Assembly: GCA_963665665.1 (NCBI GenBank)
Contig: OY762428.1
Span: 5,280,001 to 5,344,000, forward strand
Direction: 5' to 3'
Source of the DNA: Candidatus Kapaibacterium sp.
Lineage (GTDB): Bacteria > Bacteroidota > Ignavibacteria > Kapaibacteriales > UBA2268
Length of the DNA stretch: 64,000 bases
The notes below the pieces were generated by a model. The model worked only from the letters and a program-made list of their open reading frames with translations, was not told the DNA's origin and searched no databases. The stretch's first letter is position 1; each line of letters opens with the position of its first letter. The position numbers and the translations under genes were made by a program. Shown here piece by piece: positions 56,981-64,000 of this stretch.

Positions 56981-58030
56981 TTAAGCTACCTTTTTTACTG
57001 CTTTTGAAGGCTGCTTTTTAAACCAATTAAAATTTTTCTTCGTTAGTTCGCGTCCCGGCTCATTGAGCAGTTTTTCGCATACGGCTGCAATGTTGGCGGC
57101 TGACTGTCCGCCATTCTGCATCGGGGCCAGCCTTTTCAGCATATTCAGATCGAAATAGGAATATACTTTTTTGCCAAGAGCAATTCCCGTGTAAACCACA
57201 GTGGAATATTTTGCTATAAGTGTGTCGCAATTGGCTATCATTTCATGAATGTTCCCGCTTGTATAAACCAGGGCTTCGGGGGCATATTCGTTTATTTCGC
57301 GGGTGGCCCTGTCGAATTCCTCGTTCGGATGCAGTTTGAATATCAACTGTTTGCCCTTGGCAATTTTCACAGCATATTCAATAAATTTCTTCCTGTTTTC
57401 ATATTTGAATGTCTCTCGGGAATCAGACGTTGCTACAAGCACGAAATCTTTATGGGGAAAATCATTATCAGCATAGGCAATACAGTTGTCATAATTAGGA
57501 ATGCCTGTAACTATAAGTTTATCCCTGTCGATGCCGTTCCCGGAGAACATATCTTTATATCCCTCGCTAGCAACGCAGAAATAATTATATTTACCGGAAA
57601 GGCCTGTTGTTGATGTACTGGCAAGCCAACGCGGCATTTTCAGCCATTTGGCCATGTAGTATGCCAGGTTTTTCGGGTCAGTCATGCCTTCCTGAACCAA
57701 TACAACTTTTTTATTTTGAATATTCCTCGGAACAATAAGGTCGCTGCATGTAAGAACCAGATCATAATCACGACTGTTTCCCTGGTAATCGATTGGAAGT
57801 GTATTAGATTTCAGATATTGAATTGTATTATCCCTGAAACTGCCACCGAGAATCGAGAAATCCAGGTATCCTTTTTGGGCAAGAGTATCGATAAACCCAT
57901 CTGCATAATAAGGTGAAAAATAGCTGTTACAGTTTTTAAGATTCTTCGAAACCTGGTGCATCATAGTTGTCTGATTTATCGATCCGCAGATCATCAGGAC
58001 GTTTTTTTTGCGGTTATTTCTGGTTTTCAT
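56981..58030 (-). CDS. Hypothetical protein, GT-B-like fold (UDP-GlcNAc 2-epimerase/sialyltransferase-like)
   Basis: VQEG, VTGIPNYD, FKLHPNE, YSTVVY motifs; first gene of the sugar operon. Confidence 0.6.
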   Translation of the reverse strand: MKTRNNRKKNVLMICGSINQTTMMHQVSKNLKNCNSYFSPYYADGFIDTLAQKGYLDFSILGGSFRDNTIQYLKSNTLPIDYQGNSRDYDLVLTCSDLIVPRNIQNKKVVLVQEGMTDPKNLAYYMAKWLKMPRWLASTSTTGLSGKYNYFCVASEGYKDMFSGNGIDRDKLIVTGIPNYDNCIAYADNDFPHKDFVLVATSDSRETFKYENRKKFIEYAVKIAKGKQLIFKLHPNEEFDRATREINEYAPEALVYTSGNIHEMIANCDTLIAKYSTVVYTGIALGKKVYSYFDLNMLKRLAPMQNGGQSAANIAAVCEKLLNEPGRELTKKNFNWFKKQPSKAVKKVA

Positions 58031-58429
58031 ATGCTGCTTTAATATTTCAATTAATATAATGACAGCAATTTACTCCCTTAGTATTAATACAAAATAAAGT
58101 TGTTATTAAAGTTGTCTGAACAGAGGCAATATGTAGCTATATATTATATATAATATACTTTTACAGCTATTGCGATTATATAGGTAGGGAATATTTGTAA
58201 GGATTTACTAAATAAATAAACCAAAGATTAACAAAGGCCGGCATTACTTAACAGAAAACAGATAAATCGGTAAAGAATATTACTGACCAATAGTAGAATT
58301 CTGTATCCGAAAGGCCTGCCCGTTTTAATTGCTCTTTCGGATATCCTGTCCGAAAGATACAAGAATTGGGAAATCCTTTCACTGCATTGCGTCGGGATAC
58401 GGAGATAGCGGGTCAAAGAGTTTCAGGAT

Positions 58430-58520
58430 GACACCCCCCCACCTCCGTCAAATTCAATAGCCAGGTACTTTAGATCGTGGATAAAGATGCCTTGTTTTTC
58501 TTCAAAGCCCTGCCCTTCAA
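58430..58520 (-). repeat. Partial copy of the composite REP block
   Basis: CGTCAAATTCAATAGCCAGGTACTTTAGATCGTGGATA (58446-58483) matches 26694-26731; TTCTTCAAAGCCCT is the reverse complement of AGGGCTTTGAAGAA at about 16013. Confidence 0.7.
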
Positions 58521-58641
58521 GGGGCACTGCACATTACGAGGGTTTCACACTGAGTGTGTTTGGGAGGGTTGGGAACTGAATAGGAATATTCAATAACCGC
58601 GACTTAGTAAAATACGTGGATCCCGGATTTATGAATTTATT

Positions 58642-58676
58642 AAAAAAAAGTCCGGGAAAAATCAATCCCCGGACTT
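58642..58676 (-). terminator. Rho-independent terminator of dxs
   Basis: AAGTCCGGG..CCCGGACTT stem with an adjoining A-run. Confidence 0.7.
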
Positions 58677-58699
58677 ATCTCTTTAATAGCAACAATAAT

Positions 58700-60634
58700 T
58701 TATTTCATTTTGATATAATCGTTTACAGTTTCGGATTTCAATTCCATTGAAAGCATCTGTGCAGCGCTGTTAGCTATTCCGACTGCATCCAGTCCAAGAT
58801 CTGCATGAAGTTCATCCTGGCTCCCGTGTTCAACCGGATTATCCGGAAGGCCGAGAATTTTCGTTTCAATATTTGTATGATTTTTTACAGAGAAAGCTTC
58901 AAGAACAGCAGATCCGAAACCGCCCTGTTTCTGATTGTCTTCAACCGTGATTACCTTATCAAACCTGCTATAAATCGAATCTATCATTTTCATATCGATT
59001 GGCTTAACGAACCGGGCGTTAATAACCTCGGCGGAAATATTGTTTTCTTCAAGTATTTCAGCAGCCTTTAGCGATGTTGTTACCATTTTCCCGATAGCGA
59101 GAATTGCAATATCTTTTCCCTCTTTCAAAGTTTCAGATTGCCCGATCCTTATCTGGCTGGCTGGCTTATCATCAAGCCCAAGTCCGCTGCCTCTCGGGTA
59201 ACGAATTACAACCGGGCCTTTATCGTAATGATTAACTGCCGTATGAAGCATATTCCTCAGTTCCTGCTCATCCTTGGGTGCCATGACAACTATACCCGGT
59301 ATTACCCTAAGATATGAAAGATCGAGAGTTCCGTGGTGTGTTGGCCCGTCGCTTCCCACAAGGCCGGCCCTGTCGATAGCAAAAACAACATGGAGTTTTT
59401 GTAGGGATACATCATGAATTATCTGGTCATAAGCCCTTTGCAGGAATGAAGAATAAATCGCAACAACGGGAACCAGGCCCTGCATTGCCATTCCGGCAGC
59501 ATAAGTTACAGCATGTCCTTCGGCTATACCAACATCAAAAACTCTTTCTGAGAATTTTTCCTGAACCATATCAAGGCCTGTTCCGTCAGGCATGGCAGCA
59601 GTAATTCCAACGATTTTTTTATTCTTCTCCATTTCCTTTATCATAGCATGTCCGAAAACATCCTGATATTTTGGGATTTTCTTTCCTGAAGATTTAATTG
59701 GCGTTCCTGTTTCCCTGTCAATTTTTCCAATGGCGTGAAGTTTGTGCGCATCGTTTTCAGCCGGGGCATACCCCTTTCCTTTCTGGGTTATTATATGAAG
59801 GAAAACCGGCCCTCGTACTTCTTTTATGAGGGTCAGCATTTTTATCAGTTTTTGGACATTATGGCCGTCAATAGGGCCAAAATAATTAAACCCGAGAGCT
59901 TCGAAAAGTACGCCGGGCGTAACGATAGCTTTTACGCCATCTTCAAGCCTTGAGGCAATTCTTCTTAGCCTGTCGCCAAGGCTGTCCATTTTACCGGCAA
60001 TATCCCAGATGTTATCCCGAATTTTCTGCATTGTTGTTGATGCATATAACTCATTGAAATAATTTGATAGTGCAGAGACATTGGATGCAATCGAGAAATC
60101 ATTATCATTCAGAATAACAATCATATTTCTTTTCTGAACGCCACAGTTATTCATAGCCTCGAATGCCATACCGCCAGTCATAGATCCGTCGCCGATTATA
60201 GCGGCTACATTGTAATCCTCACCTTTTAAATCTCTTGCTGTAGCCATACCCAGAGCTGCCGAAATACTTGTACTGGCATGCCCTGCCCCGAAAGCATCAT
60301 AAGGGCTTTCGGCAGGTTTCAGGAAACCGGAAATACCGCCCTTTTTCCTGATAGTATGCAGTACATCCCTTCGGCCAGTAATAATTTTGTGAGGATACCC
60401 CTGGTGGCCAACATCAAATATTATTTTATCCTTTGGTGTATTGAAAACATAATGCAAAGCAACGGTAAGTTCCACTACTCCCAAACCGGCTCCAAAATGG
60501 CCACCGCTTTTGGTAATTGTATCAACCATGAAATCACGTACTTCATTACACACTTGTGGAATAGCGCTTTTTTCAAGTTTACGCAGGTCTTCGGGAGAAT
60601 TTATCTTATTAAGGTATTTATATTTTTCGCTCAT
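58700..60634 (-). CDS. dxs: 1-deoxy-D-xylulose-5-phosphate synthase
   Basis: GGHFGAGLGVVEL, DVGHQGYPHK, GDGSMTGGMAFEA, DVGIAEGHA, DRAGLVGSDGPTH, IRYPRG. Confidence 0.97.
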   Translation of the reverse strand: MSEKYKYLNKINSPEDLRKLEKSAIPQVCNEVRDFMVDTITKSGGHFGAGLGVVELTVALHYVFNTPKDKIIFDVGHQGYPHKIITGRRDVLHTIRKKGGISGFLKPAESPYDAFGAGHASTSISAALGMATARDLKGEDYNVAAIIGDGSMTGGMAFEAMNNCGVQKRNMIVILNDNDFSIASNVSALSNYFNELYASTTMQKIRDNIWDIAGKMDSLGDRLRRIASRLEDGVKAIVTPGVLFEALGFNYFGPIDGHNVQKLIKMLTLIKEVRGPVFLHIITQKGKGYAPAENDAHKLHAIGKIDRETGTPIKSSGKKIPKYQDVFGHAMIKEMEKNKKIVGITAAMPDGTGLDMVQEKFSERVFDVGIAEGHAVTYAAGMAMQGLVPVVAIYSSFLQRAYDQIIHDVSLQKLHVVFAIDRAGLVGSDGPTHHGTLDLSYLRVIPGIVVMAPKDEQELRNMLHTAVNHYDKGPVVIRYPRGSGLGLDDKPASQIRIGQSETLKEGKDIAILAIGKMVTTSLKAAEILEENNISAEVINARFVKPIDMKMIDSIYSRFDKVITVEDNQKQGGFGSAVLEAFSVKNHTNIETKILGLPDNPVEHGSQDELHADLGLDAVGIANSAAQMLSMELKSETVNDYIKMK

Positions 60635-60858
60635 GGATATCGCTTTATCTTAGATTTTGTCAATATTTTGCTAATAAATCAGATTACAAATAAAACAGAC
60701 GGCAATTTATGAAAAAAGTTTTAAACTTTGTTTTATTATCTCATATACAGACTGATTCCCGCGATTGTTATTTCAGATTATTCGTAATAATCCATCGCTA
60801 ATACAAACAACCTTTATATTCTGATAAGAAAAATCATTGAAATTGCACTCATGTTTGT

Positions 60859-60866
60859 TAATTTTG
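60859..60866 (+). promoter_or_regulatory. Bacteroidota-type -7 promoter element TAnnTTTG
   Basis: TAATTTTG, 28 nt upstream of the TTG start at 60895. Confidence 0.35.
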
Positions 60867-60894
60867 TATGTTATTAAATAAATTGTAGACAGAA

Positions 60895-62337
60895 TTGCAA
60901 AAATTAAAAAGCCATAGTAATATCCCGTTATTTGTTGATCTTGACGGAACTCTGATAAAAGGGGACTGCCTGTTCGAAGCGTTGGTTTACCTTATAAAAA
61001 CCAATCCGCTGATAATTTTTTTACTTCCGTTTTATCTTCTTAAGGGACTGGCTTCCTTCAAATATAAAATTTTCAGGGCGGCCTTGCCAAACCCGTCGAT
61101 ATTGCAGTATAAGCATGAGCTGATAGAATTTCTGAAAAATGAAAAAGAATCCGGAAGAAAGCTTATCCTATTAACTGCCAGCCCGAATTCAATAGCCGAG
61201 GCTGTTTCTGAGCATCTCGGGATATTTGACGAATTCAGGGGATCAGACGGAAAAATCAACCTGAAAGGAAAGAAAAAAATTGATTATATAAAATCCCGGA
61301 ACGATACTGCCGGTGGCTTTATTTATGCCGGTGATTCAGAGCCGGATATTCCAATCTGGAAAGAAGCAAATGAGATAATTATTGTTGGCTCTGAATCTAA
61401 GATTAAATATTTTGAAAAAAGAACCGGAAAGAAATCTGTTTCTTTTCAAACAAAGAAAAACCTGCTGAAATTGCTTATAAAAGAGATCAGGGTTTATCAG
61501 TGGGCAAAGAATGTACTCCTTTTTATTCCCCTGCTAATGGCACATAAAATCGGTGATGTTCAGCCATGGTTAAATACTGCACTTGCCTTTGTAGCCTACA
61601 GTTTAACTGCATCATCGGTATATGTATGGAATGATTTGATGGACCTGAAGGCGGACAGAATGCACCCGCGAAAAAACAAACGTCCTTTCGCATCCGGCAA
61701 TCTGCCTATAGCTTTAGGGCTAATCATTTCTCCTCTTCTTTTAACAGCCGGGCTTTCCATAGCAGGATTATTAATCAGTACCAGGTTCCTGATTATTCTT
61801 ATCGCTTACTTTGTGATTACCACAGGGTATTCTTTCTTCCTGAAGAAGATTTATATTCTTGACATTATAATATTATCAAGCCTCTATACATTCCGGCTTA
61901 TTGCCGGCGGCACAGCTGCCGATGTGATGGTTTCACAGTGGCTAATGGCCTTTTCCATGTTTATTTTCCTTAGCCTTGCTATTGTAAAAAGATATACCGA
62001 GCTTACTGTAATGCAGAAACAGAACAAAGAAAGAAGCAAAGGCAGGGGATATCTTGTTGCTGATATGGCTTTGCTCAGGAACCTCGGGCCGGTAAGCGGA
62101 TATATGTCCGTTCTGGTGCTGGTACTATACCTCGATTCTTCAAGCATAAAAAGATTGTACAGCCATCCTGAAATCCTTTGGGGAATTGCACCGCTGCTTC
62201 TCTACTGGATAACAAGGATATGGTTCAAAGCATACAGGGAACAAATGAGTGACGACCCGATAGTTTTTACCGGTAAAGATTACGTGAGTTATATAATCGG
62301 GATTTTGGTAGCAGTATTATTGATCGGAGCAAGCTGA
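60895..62337 (+). CDS. HAD-like + UbiA family prenyltransferase (polyprenyl-phosphate phosphoribosyltransferase-like)
   Basis: VDLDGTL and YAGDS (HAD); RVYQWAKN, NDLMDLKADRMHP.KNKRPFASG, DDPIVF (UbiA). Confidence 0.9.
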   Translation: MQKLKSHSNIPLFVDLDGTLIKGDCLFEALVYLIKTNPLIIFLLPFYLLKGLASFKYKIFRAALPNPSILQYKHELIEFLKNEKESGRKLILLTASPNSIAEAVSEHLGIFDEFRGSDGKINLKGKKKIDYIKSRNDTAGGFIYAGDSEPDIPIWKEANEIIIVGSESKIKYFEKRTGKKSVSFQTKKNLLKLLIKEIRVYQWAKNVLLFIPLLMAHKIGDVQPWLNTALAFVAYSLTASSVYVWNDLMDLKADRMHPRKNKRPFASGNLPIALGLIISPLLLTAGLSIAGLLISTRFLIILIAYFVITTGYSFFLKKIYILDIIILSSLYTFRLIAGGTAADVMVSQWLMAFSMFIFLSLAIVKRYTELTVMQKQNKERSKGRGYLVADMALLRNLGPVSGYMSVLVLVLYLDSSSIKRLYSHPEILWGIAPLLLYWITRIWFKAYREQMSDDPIVFTGKDYVSYIIGILVAVLLIGAS

Positions 62338-63647
62338 TGAGTGAGAATTATCCTTCATGGGGAAGATACCCGGAACATAAACCGCAAAAAGTGATTAAAC
62401 TTGGCTGGAGAAATGAAGTTCCTGATCTGGACGTTTTCGACAAACCAATACTTCCTTACGGATACGGGAAAAGTTATGGAGACAGCTGCCAGAATTCCGG
62501 GGGAGTGATCATAGAAACAAAAGGCCTGGACAAATTTATTAAATTTAATCCTGAAAATAATACTATCAGAACCGAGGCCGGAGTTACTCTGGCACAGATA
62601 CTGGATTTCATTGTTCCAAGGGGATATTTTCTTGCTTCTACTCCCGGTACAAAGCATATTTCTGTCGGCGGGGCTATTGCTAATGATGTTCATGGTAAAA
62701 ACCACCATAAAGGCGGAACTTTCGGCTGCCATCTGAACGAATTTGAACTTATCCGCTCCGACGGAGCGAAGATGATTTGTTCTCGTGAAGAAAATTCAGA
62801 AATGTTTTCTGCCACGATTGGCGGTTTGGGGCTGACAGGACTGATAACTCAGGCTGAATTCGGTATCAAGCCTGTTGACAGCGCTTATATAGCAATGGAA
62901 AGCATTAAAGTGGACAGCCTTGAGGAGTTTTTTGAAGTAAACAAAGAATCAGAGCAGGATTTTGACTATACTGTTTCCTGGGTTGATTGTACTGCTACGG
63001 GAGCAAACATCGGGCGCGGGCTATATTCCAGGGGAAATCATGCTTCACCTGATGATTATGATATACCGCCTCTTCCTATAGAGAAAAAATCCACATTTCC
63101 TTTCGATGCCCCTTTTATAAATTTTATGTCGGTATATGCTTTTAACCAGATGTATTATCACAAGCAGCTTCGGGAAAAGGAAGAAATGCTCGTACATTTC
63201 GATAAATTCTTTTACCCGCTGGATGCTGTAAATGACTGGAACAAAGCTTATGGGAAAAACGGCTTCCTGCAATATCAATTCGTAATTCCTTTTGGAAATG
63301 AAATGGAAGTATTGAAAGAGCTTCTGGTTAATATCGAATCTTCTGGCTTATCATCATTCCTGACCGTACTTAAAACATTCGGAGACATTAAATCGCCCGG
63401 AATGCTCTCATTCCCGAGACCCGGCGTTACAATGGCAATCGATTTCAGAATGGACGGACAAAAAACATTAGACACACTTACAAAACTGGATGATATTGTA
63501 AAAGAAGCCGGCGGAGTTCTTTATCCTGCTAAAGATGCAAGAATGCCCGGTGAAGATTTCAGGAATTATTATCCCGAATGGAAGGAATTCTCGAAATATA
63601 TCGACCCTGCATTTTCTTCTTCCTTCTGGCGGCGTGTAATGAAATAG
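62337..63647 (+). CDS. FAD-binding oxidoreductase, DprE1-like
   Basis: GKSYGDS, PGTKHISVGGAIANDVHGKNHH, GGLGLTG, FFYPLD, GFLQYQFVIP, YPAKDAR. Confidence 0.88.
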   Translation: MSENYPSWGRYPEHKPQKVIKLGWRNEVPDLDVFDKPILPYGYGKSYGDSCQNSGGVIIETKGLDKFIKFNPENNTIRTEAGVTLAQILDFIVPRGYFLASTPGTKHISVGGAIANDVHGKNHHKGGTFGCHLNEFELIRSDGAKMICSREENSEMFSATIGGLGLTGLITQAEFGIKPVDSAYIAMESIKVDSLEEFFEVNKESEQDFDYTVSWVDCTATGANIGRGLYSRGNHASPDDYDIPPLPIEKKSTFPFDAPFINFMSVYAFNQMYYHKQLREKEEMLVHFDKFFYPLDAVNDWNKAYGKNGFLQYQFVIPFGNEMEVLKELLVNIESSGLSSFLTVLKTFGDIKSPGMLSFPRPGVTMAIDFRMDGQKTLDTLTKLDDIVKEAGGVLYPAKDARMPGEDFRNYYPEWKEFSKYIDPAFSSSFWRRVMK

Positions 63648-63664
63648 GTACTTCTATCGGTTAT

Positions 63665-63722
63665 TGGCTATTGAATTTGACGATGGTAAAACTGAATGTC
63701 ATCCTGAGAGAATCGAAGGATC
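63665..63722 (+). repeat. Partial composite REP block
   Basis: TGGCTATTGAATTTGACGAT..GTCATCCTGAG..CGAAGGATC, matching 14681-14741. Confidence 0.7.
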
Positions 63723-63862
63723 AATTTCTAATTGATAATTGATAATTGACAATTAAGAATTAAAAATTGTAAGAAGCCGCTATGTCCCCCGCTGGCTGGG
63801 GTGGATTCTTTTTCAGATTGTTGGCCAATAATTTTGAAAATTCCCCCTCAACGCTCCCCACT

Positions 63863-63970
63863 CAATACGAAGTTGTACTTCGTAATGCAATTTTTATTTG
63901 AAGCTGTGCTTCTCTATTTCAAAATAGAACTTTACATGAAATATTCCTTCCCAGGTACAACATGGGAAGG
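63863..63970 (+). repeat. REP doublet (REPIN-like), copy 3 of 3
   Basis: CAATACGAAGT-TGT-ACTTCGTAATG and CCTTCCCAGGT-ACA-ACATGGGAAGG; spacer homologous to 15005-15060. Confidence 0.85.
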
Positions 63971-64000
63971 AGGGAAAAAAATCATAACTCTAAAGCATTC

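Noticed and set aside
1-64000. Numerous short antisense or nested ORFs in the track; rRNA, tRNA, transposase, integrase and reverse transcriptase genes
   Set aside because: The nested ORFs shadow well-supported genes; no sequence evidence for the RNA genes or mobility enzymes was seen by eye

Overview
A 64-kb bacterial chromosomal segment, most likely from the FCB group (Bacteroidota/Ignavibacteria/Kapabacteria-like). The assignment is inferred from a T9SS C-terminal sorting domain, TAnnTTTG promoter motifs and the DUF5777-YceI cluster. About 45 genes are supportable: peptidases (M64, M3 Dcp, PepE), an ABC exporter, a RecD-like helicase, two sensorless hybrid kinases, nhaP/mntP/nitrilase/crcB, an orphan CheZ, a TolC-MFP-CzcA efflux system, dtd-rimM-trmD, nadB, an aminolipid/glycolipid-type operon, a NeuB/transketolase/SpsF sugar cluster, dxs, and ubiA-dprE1-like genes. 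I saw no rRNA, tRNA, CRISPR array, cas gene or transposase. The most striking feature is not a recognisable gene. It is an element present twice in inverted orientation (about 15.1-16.4 kb and 26.6-27.7 kb), made of two head-to-head 21-nt repeat arrays that fold back in exact register on a central GAACATGTTC palindrome. Both copies have exactly 12 units in arm 1 but different unit sequences, and the core base change (CTTGGT vs CTTGTT) is mirrored in the opposite arm. Both copies sit in mosaics of several REP-like families. Other highlights: a dif-like site at 6257-6284; four 33-bp phased repeats before an AAA/DUF4143 ATPase-nuclease; and an AT-rich islet delimited by 14-7-14 hairpins that carries a membrane-anchored PD-(D/E)xK nuclease and two pseudogenes. 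All calls come from reading motifs by eye; no database searches were run.
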